Positions 18,183 to 29,131 of a stretch of 64,000 bases of DNA are shown here, piece by piece (the stretch's first letter is position 1; every line of letters begins with the position of its first letter). The position numbers were made by a program, and so were the translations under genes. Source of the DNA: Nitrosopumilus sp. (GTDB lineage Archaea > Thermoproteota > Nitrososphaeria > Nitrososphaerales > Nitrosopumilaceae); the NCBI GenBank assembly GCA_963667665.2, contig OY763927.2, positions 1,280,001-1,344,000 of the forward strand, in the 5' to 3' direction. A model generated the notes under the pieces. The model ran no database searches. It saw only the letters and a list, made by a program, of their open reading frames with translations, and was not told the DNA's origin.

Positions 18183-20309
18183 TTATCTAACCTTTCGTAA
18201 TTCAGACTTTATGTTATCTGCAAGGGTTGAACCAATTTTATCTATTTCTGCTAATTTATTCACTGGAATTTTTGCCAAATCATCTAAATTCTTAATTCCA
18301 TGTTTGTAGAGAGTTCTGGCTCTAACCCTTCCAATTCCTTTGACTCTAACTAGTTCAAGCAATTCCTCTCGAATTCCATAAACAATTCTTTTTCTTAGAT
18401 TACCAAGTTCTTCAAGCAAATCAGCTCTTTTCACATGCTTGGAGATCTCTCTGAGGCAGTATGAAAGCCAATTTGCAGTCTCCGTCATCCTATGCATGTC
18501 TCCTGACTCAATTCCAAGGTTATCAGATAGTGACAATTCTGAAGATTCGGTAATCCAAGCCTGTAAGGCCAAAAGGCTTCTTGAGCAATCATATTCTGAA
18601 ATTTGTTCAAGCAATTCTGAAGAATTATTTTCTATCAAAAGACTGGCAGATTCATAATCCTTCTTTCGAAGTGAGAATTTTGGGAAAAATTCTTCACAGT
18701 TTGAGATCAAGTGCAAAAATCCAAATGTATGTTTTCTTTCTTGGGATACATTTTCAATAGCATCTCTAAAGTATGTTGCAGTTAAAGGATCAATATACAA
18801 CATTGATGTCTTTTTTCCAAATTCAGTAGCTGCATATCTTTCACCTTTTTTGATTATCAGATATTTGCTGGATAAAAAACGCAAAGAAATATCAATTGCA
18901 AATTTTATTGTAGGTTTTCTTGATTGTAAACCTCCTAATGTTTGTAAGAAAAATTCCAAGATCTCATCTTTTTTAATTCCAGGATGTGTAACTATAACAC
19001 TAAGTATGTGAGTTCGCAGAGATTTGTCATCAGTAATCTTTGAAATTATTGGTTCTGGTTCTCCATTAACATAATAATCAATCAAGTCCGCAGTATTTCC
19101 ATTTCCAACAATTATTGCTTCTCCATAATCATCATATTGTGGTCTTCCAGCTCTGCCACAGAGTTGTTTGTATTCTAAAATACTAATGGGTCTATTTGCC
19201 CCAACTTTTGCATTATACCGATTAACATTTGAAATTACAACTCTTCTTGCTGGAAGATTAACTCCAGCTGCTAAAGTTGGTGTGGATGACAATAACTTGA
19301 TAGTTCCTTTACGAAATTCTGTTTCTATTGTCTCTCTGCAATTTTGATTCAACCCTGCATGATGAAATGCAACTCCTTTTTTAACAAGAAATGCTAATGT
19401 CTTTATTAATTCTGTATGTTCATTTTGGGCTAGAATTTTTTTTGAGGTTTTTTCTAATTCCTTCAAATCTTTTTTTTCTAAAATTTGAGAGATGGCATCT
19501 GCTGCTTTTGTTGCAAGAGATTTTGAACGGTTTCTAGTCTCTGCAAATACTAAAGATTGACCTCCTTCTTTTACTGATTGTACGCCTAAATCAATAGGAG
19601 TTCCACGTATGCTACGCTCAACTGAAAAGGTTTTACCATCATTCATAGTAACTTCGCCTGCATCACATACTCCCTCTGTTAGAGGTACAGGTCTCCAGTC
19701 ATTTTTTACTAGCTTGCAATCAAGCCAATCTGCAATCTCATCAGAATTTGTAATAGTAGCACTAAGACCTACAATCTGAGGTTTTGTTTCTAGTAATTTT
19801 AGTTGTGTAAGAATCATCTCAAGTGTTGGACCTCGATTTTCATCTCCAATTAAATGGACTTCATCAGTAATTACTAGTCCAATTTCTTCAACCCATTCAG
19901 CACCATGCCTAATAATTGAATCCATTTTTTCATTTGTTAAAATTAAAACATTACTTTTCTCCAAATTCTTTTCAATATTTTCATAGTCTCCAGTTGATAT
20001 ACTGACTTTGACTTTATTTCCTATTGCAACTTTTTCTAATTTTTTAAATTCTGAGAATTTTTCAGCAGCCAATGCACGTAAAGGACTAAGATAAATCACC
20101 TTGCCGGTATTCTTTGAAAGATAACTAATTATTGCAAGCATTGCAATCAGGGTCTTTCCACTTGCAGTAGGAGCAGATACTAGAATACTTTTCCCATCTA
20201 GTAAGCCAGATTCAATACTATCAGCTTGTGGAGGATATAATTTTTCATAACCTTGTGATTTTAAAAATTCAATTGCAGAATCGGGAAGATCTAGTTTCTC
20301 TATTTTCAT
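18183..20309 (-). CDS. hel308: Ski2-like DNA helicase Hel308
   Basis: APTASGKT, DEVH, LSAT, FHHAGL and GRAGRP motifs, C-terminal HhH. Confidence 0.92.
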   Translation of the reverse strand: MKIEKLDLPDSAIEFLKSQGYEKLYPPQADSIESGLLDGKSILVSAPTASGKTLIAMLAIISYLSKNTGKVIYLSPLRALAAEKFSEFKKLEKVAIGNKVKVSISTGDYENIEKNLEKSNVLILTNEKMDSIIRHGAEWVEEIGLVITDEVHLIGDENRGPTLEMILTQLKLLETKPQIVGLSATITNSDEIADWLDCKLVKNDWRPVPLTEGVCDAGEVTMNDGKTFSVERSIRGTPIDLGVQSVKEGGQSLVFAETRNRSKSLATKAADAISQILEKKDLKELEKTSKKILAQNEHTELIKTLAFLVKKGVAFHHAGLNQNCRETIETEFRKGTIKLLSSTPTLAAGVNLPARRVVISNVNRYNAKVGANRPISILEYKQLCGRAGRPQYDDYGEAIIVGNGNTADLIDYYVNGEPEPIISKITDDKSLRTHILSVIVTHPGIKKDEILEFFLQTLGGLQSRKPTIKFAIDISLRFLSSKYLIIKKGERYAATEFGKKTSMLYIDPLTATYFRDAIENVSQERKHTFGFLHLISNCEEFFPKFSLRKKDYESASLLIENNSSELLEQISEYDCSRSLLALQAWITESSELSLSDNLGIESGDMHRMTETANWLSYCLREISKHVKRADLLEELGNLRKRIVYGIREELLELVRVKGIGRVRARTLYKHGIKNLDDLAKIPVNKLAEIDKIGSTLADNIKSELRKVR

Positions 20310-22393
20310 ACTCGGTTATAATGACCGGGTCTTGATTCATAAATAGATGCTTCTCTAAGCATTCTTCGGATATAGTTTCTTGCCTCATCTTCAGTGAATT
20401 TATCACTCTTTTCTAGTTCCCTGACAAACAACTTTTCTTCTACGGGTACCTTGTTATCACCTTCAAGGCCTCTGAGAACATCCATGAATAATTGCATCTT
20501 TGAAACCTCACTTCTTGGTTTTCCTTGTAATACTCCAAGATCTACTTTTCCAGTATTGACATCTACTCCTGCGTCCTCAAGCATACTCTGAAGCAAGAAG
20601 ATTGCACGCTCAGCATCTTCTAGTTCTACCTCGTTTTTCATGAGTAATCTTGCTCTTGCAGTAGAGAGTCTGATAATTCCCTCTAGTTGTCTTGGCGTAA
20701 CTGTAATCATCTCTTCGGATTCTACATTTCTCATCTGGAGATAGTATTCGAGGATCTTTTCTTCAGCATCTTTTGTCATTTTAGGAGTACCACGTTTTGC
20801 ATATGAGAGATATTTTGTTAGTAAATCAACATCAATTACAGAACGTTTGTCTGTTCCTTGTATAGAATGCAGTTCTATAATGTGTCTAGCAATTCTTTCA
20901 TCTTTTTCTTTACTTGGAATATCTCTTACAACAAAAATCAAGTCAAATCTTGTAAGCAATGGAATTGGCAAGTTTACATTTTCTGTAATATTTTTGAATG
21001 GATCATATTTTCCATACATTGGGTTTGCAGCAGCTAAAATTGATGTTCTAGCATTTAGTGTGGCGACAATACCACCTTTTGCAATACTGGCTGACTGTTG
21101 TTCCATGACTTCGTGTAAAGCACTTCTATCTTCTGGTTTCATCTTGTCAAATTCATCTATACATACAAGACCTTGGTCACCAAGCACTACTGCACCTGCT
21201 TCAAGCATCATGATTCCAGTTTTGTCTTTAACTATAGCAGCTGTAAGTCCTGCAGCAGTTGAACCTCTACCAGAAGTATACAAACCTCGTGGTGCAATCC
21301 TTGTACAAAACTTTAGCATCTCACTTTTTGCAGTACCAGGATCTCCAACTAGAAATACGTTAATGTCGCCTCTAATCTTGCTTCCATCACCCAATATTTT
21401 TTGATTAGCACCAACGATAAGTAACATAATAGCTTCTTTGATAACTGAATGTCCTTGAATATGAGGAGCAAATGAATCAATTAGTTTTTGATATACATCA
21501 GGACTTTTACTTAATGCTTTGATCATTTCTTCTTCTTCAGGTGAAACTTCGTCTTTTGCTATTTTACGAGACATTTTAGAACCATGCCCACCCAAAAATT
21601 CAATGTTATTTCCTTCAATTCTTAATCGGTATAATCCACTATGACCTCTCTGAACACCTGCAACAGATTCTTGTTCGATTCTTACTATACCTGTAAGAAT
21701 TATTCTGTCTCCAGGCCTTGCATTATCGACTAAATCCTGCCTAATTGTGACATCAATATAGTGAGGAAGTTGTCCTGGAGGTAGATCTTCAGGAAGTTCT
21801 TGTAATCTAAGAAGTTGAAAATCAATAAACTTGCTTGCTTCAGGTTTTATCTCAAAATCCCTGTGTTTACAAGATGGGTTATCACATACTACAGGAATTT
21901 TAACATCCATTCCTTTAAGCTGAATTACTTTGGTAGGATGATCATCTGGACAAACAAAGACTAGTTCTTTTGCAAGAGGTTTTACTTCTGATGCTCTAAC
22001 TACCATTCCTGAAACACTTGTAATTGTTCCAATAGTTTCAGCATTGATTTGTCTGAGACTTCTCTGAAGTGGATAATTTATTATTCTTACACGAACTTCA
22101 TCTTTTATTTTTTCAGCATAATCAGGAAATCTTGTTTGTAGTGCTTCTTTGATTGCTCTAGAAAACGCATCAAAGACTCTATCAGGACTTGTAGTAAATA
22201 AGATCTCAATTTCTGGTTCTACAACCAAATCATTGTAATCAACTACAATGTATTTTGCATTTTTAGGCATCATCTCATCGATTGCCTCTACATAGGTATA
22301 GTTACCAGATTTATTTTTGAATCTAGTCAGGAATTCTTTTACTCTATCTGACAATGCAGAATCTGTAAATGTACTAGTTTGAGTCTTGCTCAT
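20306..22393 (-). CDS. mcm: replicative helicase MCM
   Basis: GDPGTAKS, IDEFDKM and AAANP motifs, LLTRFD arginine finger. No intein. Confidence 0.97.
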   Translation of the reverse strand: MSKTQTSTFTDSALSDRVKEFLTRFKNKSGNYTYVEAIDEMMPKNAKYIVVDYNDLVVEPEIEILFTTSPDRVFDAFSRAIKEALQTRFPDYAEKIKDEVRVRIINYPLQRSLRQINAETIGTITSVSGMVVRASEVKPLAKELVFVCPDDHPTKVIQLKGMDVKIPVVCDNPSCKHRDFEIKPEASKFIDFQLLRLQELPEDLPPGQLPHYIDVTIRQDLVDNARPGDRIILTGIVRIEQESVAGVQRGHSGLYRLRIEGNNIEFLGGHGSKMSRKIAKDEVSPEEEEMIKALSKSPDVYQKLIDSFAPHIQGHSVIKEAIMLLIVGANQKILGDGSKIRGDINVFLVGDPGTAKSEMLKFCTRIAPRGLYTSGRGSTAAGLTAAIVKDKTGIMMLEAGAVVLGDQGLVCIDEFDKMKPEDRSALHEVMEQQSASIAKGGIVATLNARTSILAAANPMYGKYDPFKNITENVNLPIPLLTRFDLIFVVRDIPSKEKDERIARHIIELHSIQGTDKRSVIDVDLLTKYLSYAKRGTPKMTKDAEEKILEYYLQMRNVESEEMITVTPRQLEGIIRLSTARARLLMKNEVELEDAERAIFLLQSMLEDAGVDVNTGKVDLGVLQGKPRSEVSKMQLFMDVLRGLEGDNKVPVEEKLFVRELEKSDKFTEDEARNYIRRMLREASIYESRPGHYNRV

Positions 22394-22904
22394 TTAGATC
22401 TCCTCTTATTTGTTTTTCAAACTCTACACTGTTATCATGGATTGTTTTATAGAATGCACTTTCTTCAACAGTTAATTTGTTGTAGAGTTCAGAATTTAGT
22501 TTGATAGAGTCTGCTATCTTTACTAGTTTACCTCTTCTCATTCTAAATAACTCTAACATCATACTTTCAACTTTATCAAAATCGTTATGATTCAATTCTT
22601 TCATAGATTCTTTTAGTTTAATGTAAAAATGAGAGTCTAGTGTAGAGATTTGATATTCTCCAACCATCTTTTCTTTTGATAATGCTTGTTTTAGTTCAGT
22701 AATCATATCTGGAGAATCAAGTGTTGTCAATTTATTATCAGATAGTATTTTTCCAATCCACTGAGGCATGTTAATTATCTCCCCTGTAGTTCCCTCGGTT
22801 TTTATTCCTGCAACATTAAATTTGAAATCGCGATTAACTGTAACCTTAGCATCCTTTAGGCGGTGTCCAACCGAATGCACTTTTTCTATTTTATCTATTT
22901 CCAT
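22374..22904 (-). CDS. GINS complex subunit (Gins23 type)
   Basis: MP.W.G..L, FYIKL and R.RRGKL motifs. Directly upstream of mcm. Confidence 0.85.
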   Translation of the reverse strand: MEIDKIEKVHSVGHRLKDAKVTVNRDFKFNVAGIKTEGTTGEIINMPQWIGKILSDNKLTTLDSPDMITELKQALSKEKMVGEYQISTLDSHFYIKLKESMKELNHNDFDKVESMMLELFRMRRGKLVKIADSIKLNSELYNKLTVEESAFYKTIHDNSVEFEKQIRGDLNEQDSN

Positions 22905-22909
22905 ATCGA

Positions 22910-23004
22910 GATCTTGATCCGCCTGAAGATCTTCAAGTCAGGATCCGTCAATTGATCTGATCAAACAGCTCAATAGAATTGATCCAAGCGATCTCAGGCT
23001 GATC
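22910..23004. promoter_or_regulatory. GATC cluster / structured leader of gins-mcm operon
   Basis: GATC at 22910, 22916, 22928, 22942, 22954, 22959, 22981, 22990 and 23001. Confidence 0.55.
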
Positions 23005-23095
23005 GCATAGAAAATACAACTAATTTTGATTTTAATTTGTAGTATGTCATAATAACCAATTCGGATTTATTAATGGGAATTGAACCTAAAGTTTT

Positions 23096-24046
23096 ATGTC
23101 TGCAACAGGAATGTGGGTAGAAAAATATCGACCAACAAAACTTTCAGAAATTGTAAACCAGACAGAAATTATTGGAAGTTTAGAAGCTCTAATCAAAGAT
23201 CCCACTGATATGCCACACTTGATGTTTTCTGGTTCTGCAGGAGTAGGCAAAACCACTACTGCATTATGTCTTTCAAGACAAATTTTAGGGGAATATGCCA
23301 AAGACCACACTCTTGAGTTAAACGCATCAGATGAACGAGGAATTGAAATGGTTAGACAAAAAGTAAAGAAATTTTCAAGATTTGCCGGAATGGTAGATGT
23401 TCCATTTAAAATTATTATTTTAGATGAAGCAGATGAAATGACCTCAGCTGCTCAAACTGCACTTAGAAGAATTATAGAAGATACCGCAAAAATTTGTAGA
23501 TTTATTTTAATTGCAAATAATATTTCAAAAATTATAGAACCTATTCAAAGCAGATGTGCAACTTTCAAGTTTACAACAGTTTCTGAAGAAGATGTCATTG
23601 CCAGACTAGAAGAGATTGCCAAAAAAGAGAAAGTAAAGACTGACAAAAAGGGTCTAAAGGAAATTTATGAATATACAGAAGGAGATTTGAGACATGCAAT
23701 TAATTTAATGCAAGCAACTGCAAGTCTTGGTGGAATCACTGAAGAGAATGTAAAGGCATCAGCTGGATTATCAAAAACCAGTGATGTTGATGAAGTCCTA
23801 AAAATTGCACTAGCCGGAAAAGTTGTCGAAGCAAGAGAGAAGATGATAGAATTAATCAAAGTTTATGGAATGTCAGAATCTGATTTCCTAAAGTATTTCA
23901 ATTCAGCTGTATTCAAATCAAAACATACCAATTTGTCAGATATTTTACAAGTAATTGCAAAGTATGATTATAGAATACTAGTTGGAGCAAATTCTGAAAT
24001 TCAGTTATCTGCAATGCTTGCAGAACTTGCAAAATTAGAAAAGTAA
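23096..24046 (+). CDS. rfcS: replication factor C small subunit
   Basis: WVEKYRP, GSAGVGKTT, ELNASDERG, DEAD and QSRC motifs. Confidence 0.96.
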   Translation: MSATGMWVEKYRPTKLSEIVNQTEIIGSLEALIKDPTDMPHLMFSGSAGVGKTTTALCLSRQILGEYAKDHTLELNASDERGIEMVRQKVKKFSRFAGMVDVPFKIIILDEADEMTSAAQTALRRIIEDTAKICRFILIANNISKIIEPIQSRCATFKFTTVSEEDVIARLEEIAKKEKVKTDKKGLKEIYEYTEGDLRHAINLMQATASLGGITEENVKASAGLSKTSDVDEVLKIALAGKVVEAREKMIELIKVYGMSESDFLKYFNSAVFKSKHTNLSDILQVIAKYDYRILVGANSEIQLSAMLAELAKLEK

Positions 24047-24054
24047 TTCAAGAA

Positions 24055-24966
24055 TTAAGCATCTAGAGATTTTAGATTTTTACATCTGTTTCTTATAGTA
24101 ACTTCAGTTACGCCTGCAGCCAAGGCAATTGTTTTTTGGGTTGTATTCTCGCCAGTCTCCATACTTGCAATATACAAAGCAGATGCTGCCATTCCCATAG
24201 GATCTTTTCCAGATACAATTTGATGTTGTTCAGCTTTTTTGAGAAGCTTCATTGCATGACGTTTAGTTTTTTCAGATAGACCTATCTGACTTGCAATTCG
24301 TGAAATACATGAAACTGAATCAACTACCGGCATCTTCAAATCTAATTCTTTTACTACCATTCTATAACAAATAGCGAGATTTTTTCTCGTAATGTTAATT
24401 GAACTTGAAACATCATTAAGAGTTCTTGGAGTACCAGTTTCACGACAAGCAGCATAGAGTGTTGCAGCAATTAATGCAGAAATTGATCTACCCCTAACAA
24501 GTTTCTTTTCAAGAGCTTTTCTGTAAATGTAAGCTGCTTTTTCTACAATAGGATCAGATAAAGATAATTTCTCTTTCATTTTGAGTAATTCACTTAGTGC
24601 ATGTTGAAGATTTCTATCAGCAGAATCTTTAGTACGACTTCGGCTATCCCAAATACGTAATCGCTTAATTGAGGATTTCATGGATGAAGATAACGGATTT
24701 CCAGAAGAGTCTTTGTTCATTGGGCTAATTATTGTACTAAGACCTTGATCATGTCTTGTTAGTGATGTTCTATCTCCAGTTCTTGATTTGTTGGTACCAC
24801 TATCTGAGAATGTTCTTTCTGGTCCTTGATTGTCTATTCTGCCAGTAATTACAAAACCACACTTGCCACAAAACATTTCACCTGTTTCATCATCAGTAAT
24901 TATTTTGCTTTTTCCACATCTAGGACAGCCTTGTTTTTTTGATAGTTGTTGATTTTGTTGTGCCAT
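24055..24966 (-). CDS. tfb: transcription initiation factor IIB
   Basis: N-terminal Zn ribbon (CPRC...CGKCG), two cyclin folds, GVTEVTIRNR. Confidence 0.95.
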   Translation of the reverse strand: MAQQNQQLSKKQGCPRCGKSKIITDDETGEMFCGKCGFVITGRIDNQGPERTFSDSGTNKSRTGDRTSLTRHDQGLSTIISPMNKDSSGNPLSSSMKSSIKRLRIWDSRSRTKDSADRNLQHALSELLKMKEKLSLSDPIVEKAAYIYRKALEKKLVRGRSISALIAATLYAACRETGTPRTLNDVSSSINITRKNLAICYRMVVKELDLKMPVVDSVSCISRIASQIGLSEKTKRHAMKLLKKAEQHQIVSGKDPMGMAASALYIASMETGENTTQKTIALAAGVTEVTIRNRCKNLKSLDA

Positions 24967-25038
24967 GTTATTTTATCTTAAATGTTAATGTCTAATAAAT
25001 CGTCAAATCTCTGCATTGTGATCTATGAATAATAAAAA

Positions 25039-25122
25039 CGCAGAGAGAGGGATTTGAACCCCCGTATGCTTGCGCACACAGGCTCTCAAGGCCCGCGCCC
25101 TACCGAGCTAGGCGACCTCTGC
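25039..25122 (-). tRNA. tRNA-Ser (TGA)
   Basis: Acceptor GCAGAGG/TCTCTGC-G, anticodon arm CGGGC-CT-TGA-GA-GCCTG, long variable arm. Confidence 0.92.
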
Positions 25123-25195
25123 AAAAAATAGTGTGAAAAAGTGATTAAAATTTGTTGATGTAAAAATAAAAAATAAGAAAAAAGAAAAAGTTTCT

Positions 25196-25744
25196 TTAAT
25201 TGTGAGCGTGTGGTCCGCCACCACTAGATGGCATTACAACAAATGTTCCATCTGCTTTCTCGTGCCATTCTTGGTTAGCTGCTTCAATTCGAATAGCTCC
25301 TTGAGGACAGATTTCTTGACATGCCATACAAATCGTACAATCATGTTCTCGGATTGGTTGTGATTTGTCTGAAGCATCTAATCTTTCAGTTGCTTCTGTA
25401 AGACCAGTTCCTTCAAAGGTTGCATCAAGACAGTCTGCTGCCGGAATGTCTTTTTCGGTTCTATACCATTGAAAAGTTTGAACAGGACATACACCAAAGC
25501 ATTCACCTGCTGCAATACATGAATCCCAATCAACTGCGACTGTTGTTCCATGAATTCCTAAAGGAACCATTTTCTCTCCATGTTCTGCATAAGCTGCTTT
25601 TACATCCTCATTTGAGAATGCTTTGCCGTTTGGATCTCCTTTGCCCCAGATAAAGTGCTTATTTTCTCCATCTGAATGGCTAGTTTTTCCTACGGGCTTT
25701 ACGTCATTTGTACAAAAATCTTCTGGTATTACTAAATCTACCAT
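25196..25744 (-). CDS. Zfx-type dicluster ferredoxin (paralogue A)
   Basis: [25 protein letters not shown] and CTICMACQEICP motifs. Confidence 0.88.
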   Translation of the reverse strand: MVDLVIPEDFCTNDVKPVGKTSHSDGENKHFIWGKGDPNGKAFSNEDVKAAYAEHGEKMVPLGIHGTTVAVDWDSCIAAGECFGVCPVQTFQWYRTEKDIPAADCLDATFEGTGLTEATERLDASDKSQPIREHDCTICMACQEICPQGAIRIEAANQEWHEKADGTFVVMPSSGGGPHAHN

Positions 25745-25808
25745 ACTATAATGATTTGAGAATATTATTTAAAGCTAGGGCAAAATTAGTTGTGACTAAA
25801 TCTTTTAT

Positions 25809-26327
<519 letters not shown>

Positions 26328-26437
26328 TCACAATAGATATTATTTAAAGCTAGGCCAAGATTGTTAGGAGTACCAGTCAGTAATAGATCAGTTATGTAGT
26401 AATTTCCTTACGTTCATAACGATCTACGATCAATTTC

Positions 26438-27109
26438 GTGGATATGGATATTTTCAAATTTGATGTGTATCGTGGACCAAACCTTGGAGTCTACATTAGT
26501 GTTAATGATAATACTATACTAGTTCCAATGGGTTATGCCAAATCAAAAGCAGAGAAACTTGAAAAATATCTTGATGCAGAGGTTTTATTCACATCAATTG
26601 CAAACACTAGACTAATTGGAATATTATCTGTAATGAATAACAAAGGAATCCTGCTTCCTAAAACTGCATATCAAGATGAATATGATTTTTTGAAAAAAGA
26701 GACTGGCTTGGAAATTGGTGTACTTGATTCAAAATTTACTGCATTAGGAAATGTAATTTGTGCAAATGATAAGGGTGCAGTTGTTTCTCCTTGGTTATCA
26801 AAAAATGATTGCCAGACAATTTCAGATGTACTAGGAGTTGAGGTAATTCAGAAAAGAATTGCAGGATTCAACCAAACAGGAGTAGTCATTGTAGCAAACA
26901 ATTCTGGTGCTGCAATCCATCCAGAAGCTGATGAAGAAGACATGAAGACATTCTCTAATTTGCTAGGCGTGAAAATAGAGCAGAGCTCAATTAATAATGG
27001 CACGCCCTATGTCTCATCTGGAATTCTTGCAAATAATCATGCTCTAGTTGTTGGGTCTCTAACTACGGGTCCTGAAATAATGATGTTAACTAGGGCTTTT
27101 CTAAATTAA
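26438..27109 (+). CDS. eif6: translation initiation factor 6 (aIF6)
   Basis: ALGNVICANDKGA and VVGSLTTGPE motifs. Confidence 0.92.
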   Translation: MDMDIFKFDVYRGPNLGVYISVNDNTILVPMGYAKSKAEKLEKYLDAEVLFTSIANTRLIGILSVMNNKGILLPKTAYQDEYDFLKKETGLEIGVLDSKFTALGNVICANDKGAVVSPWLSKNDCQTISDVLGVEVIQKRIAGFNQTGVVIVANNSGAAIHPEADEEDMKTFSNLLGVKIEQSSINNGTPYVSSGILANNHALVVGSLTTGPEIMMLTRAFLN

Positions 27110-28370
27110 GAATAGAGTTTGGATCTTCAGTTAGTTTCTCTAAAGAGATAACTCCTTCTGTTCCATCAATCATGTTTCTTAGTACGACATTTCCCTCTTC
27201 AAGTTCTTTTGGTCCAACAATAATTGAGAATCTAGCATTTGTTGCAATCTCCATCTGTTTTTTTAGATTACGTCCTGCCAAATCAATATCAGTTGGAATA
27301 TTTGCTAGTCTTAATAGTGATGTAATTGATAATGCAACTTTTTGCATCTCTTCATTAGTGTACAATACTGCAACTCTGCTTTGTTTTACATCAGGAATTA
27401 TTCCTTGCTCTTGCATTGTTAGTATCATTCTCTCTACTCCACCAGCAACTCCTGTTGCTCCAATGTCTTCTCTGCCAAATGCTTTAGTTAGTGAATCGTA
27501 TCTACCTCCACCAGCTAGAGCTCCTAGAGTTGAATTTTTATCAAATACTTCAAAGACAATACCAGAGTAATAGTCTAATCCTCTTACTATACCGAAATTA
27601 ATTCTAACATTTGAGACTCCGCGATTCTCTAGTGAATCAATTAATAATTTTAGTTCATCCCATGATTCTAGCTGTGATACATCAAATGCTTCTTCTACTT
27701 CTGAGATGGTTCCTTTAATTTGTGAGAACTCTAGAATCTTTTCTAATTTTTCTGTATCATATCGGTCTTTGAATTCTTGTATGATTTTGTCTTTGGATTT
27801 TTTTGCAATTTTATCTACTGCTCGCAGAATATCTGCTACTAGTGTTGAGTCTGTAGAATCAAAGATTTTGTTGATATAGGATTCTACGAGATTTCTATGA
27901 TTAACATCAATTGTGATATTTTTGAGTAATAGTGAATCAAATAGTCGAGATGTTAACTCTATAACTTCAGCCTCAGATTCTAAGGTTGGTTTTCCATAAA
28001 TTTCCAAATCCCACTGGTGAAAGTAGCGGTATCGTCCTTTTTGAGGCTCGTCATATCTGAACACTCCGCCATAGCTTGCAATTTTTGCTGGAAGCTTCAT
28101 TGATTTCTGATTAGCTGCGAATCGGGTTAGTCCAACTGTAAAGTCAAATCGTAACGCTACATCTCTATCTCCTTTATCTTTGAAATAGTAAATTTCATCT
28201 TTTATTCCAGGACCTGACTTTGTCTCTAATACTGATAGTAGCTCAATTGGGGATGGATCCATAAATGAAAACCCGTATAGGTTTGATAGTTGCTTGAAAT
28301 GATTCCTGATATGCTCAATGTTTGCAGTTTCTATACTTTCAAAGTCTTTCATTCCACGAGGTAGTTCCAT
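27090..28370 (-). CDS. hisS: histidine--tRNA ligase
   Basis: PRGMKD, RYDEPQKGRYR, RGLDYY and GGGRYD motifs. Start at ATG 28370. Confidence 0.96.
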   Translation of the reverse strand: MELPRGMKDFESIETANIEHIRNHFKQLSNLYGFSFMDPSPIELLSVLETKSGPGIKDEIYYFKDKGDRDVALRFDFTVGLTRFAANQKSMKLPAKIASYGGVFRYDEPQKGRYRYFHQWDLEIYGKPTLESEAEVIELTSRLFDSLLLKNITIDVNHRNLVESYINKIFDSTDSTLVADILRAVDKIAKKSKDKIIQEFKDRYDTEKLEKILEFSQIKGTISEVEEAFDVSQLESWDELKLLIDSLENRGVSNVRINFGIVRGLDYYSGIVFEVFDKNSTLGALAGGGRYDSLTKAFGREDIGATGVAGGVERMILTMQEQGIIPDVKQSRVAVLYTNEEMQKVALSITSLLRLANIPTDIDLAGRNLKKQMEIATNARFSIIVGPKELEEGNVVLRNMIDGTEGVISLEKLTEDPNSILNLEKP

Positions 28371-28458
28371 TGATAATCTGTTAGATGATTGTGATTTAGA
28401 TATTTCTGTAGAGCTAGGTAGTTTTTTTGCAGTATAAATGAAAATTAAATTACTAGAG

Positions 28459-28872
28459 ATGTCCATACAAAGTATGGACTATAACAGTCTGAATAGTAAT
28501 ATTTTAAAACTAAACCCAAAGGTTAGGTATGCTGGAATCTATCAAACCGGAAATGTGCAAATATGGGAAAAAATACAGAAAGGAATTACCAGACTATTTG
28601 ATAAGGAAAAAACCAATGACACTTTAATTCATGCATACATGAGATGGCGAACTCGTCAACATGATTCAGAAATAATTGGTCAACCAATGTATTCAATTAC
28701 AAAATATGCAAAAATTAATCGTCTAACAATTCCTGCAAATTCAAAGGCACTCTTAATGGTAAATACAGAATCAGATCTTGAAATTCATGAGATAGTTGGT
28801 GATATTATAAAACTAATTGGAAAATATTCTGATGATCCCGACTATACACCAAAAAAAGTGCATTTGGGATAA
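28459..28872 (+). CDS. thaumarchaeal roadblock-like (DUF6659-like) protein
   Basis: ILKLNPKVRYAGI and IG.P.Y....Y.KI.R.TIP patterns, typical of this paralogue family. Start uncertain (28438 or 28459). Confidence 0.6.
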   Translation: MSIQSMDYNSLNSNILKLNPKVRYAGIYQTGNVQIWEKIQKGITRLFDKEKTNDTLIHAYMRWRTRQHDSEIIGQPMYSITKYAKINRLTIPANSKALLMVNTESDLEIHEIVGDIIKLIGKYSDDPDYTPKKVHLG

Positions 28873-29131
28873 GATGATTGTCTAACAAAGACGTTTCTCA
28901 TAATTGATACAATAAAAAATGAGACGTTTTACGTCGTTATTTCTGGTAAATTTTGCATTAATCTATATGATGTCATGAATATTTGTTTAGTTTTTACTTT
29001 ATTATTAAATAATTTGAAATATTTTTTTTGCTTTGTTTAAATATTTTTTAAACATATTAGTTTCATGGAAACTGCATATGTGCGTTCAACTCTTACTTTG
29101 ATGTGGATTCAGAGACAAAATTAGGAGAAAT

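Noticed and set aside
22905-23095. GATC cluster as the replication origin itself
   Set aside because: No ORB-like repeats or cdc6/orc1 gene is visible and the region is short. Kept only as a regulatory hypothesis.
26380-26435. Three GATC sites upstream of eif6
   Set aside because: Too few to distinguish from chance without genome-wide statistics.
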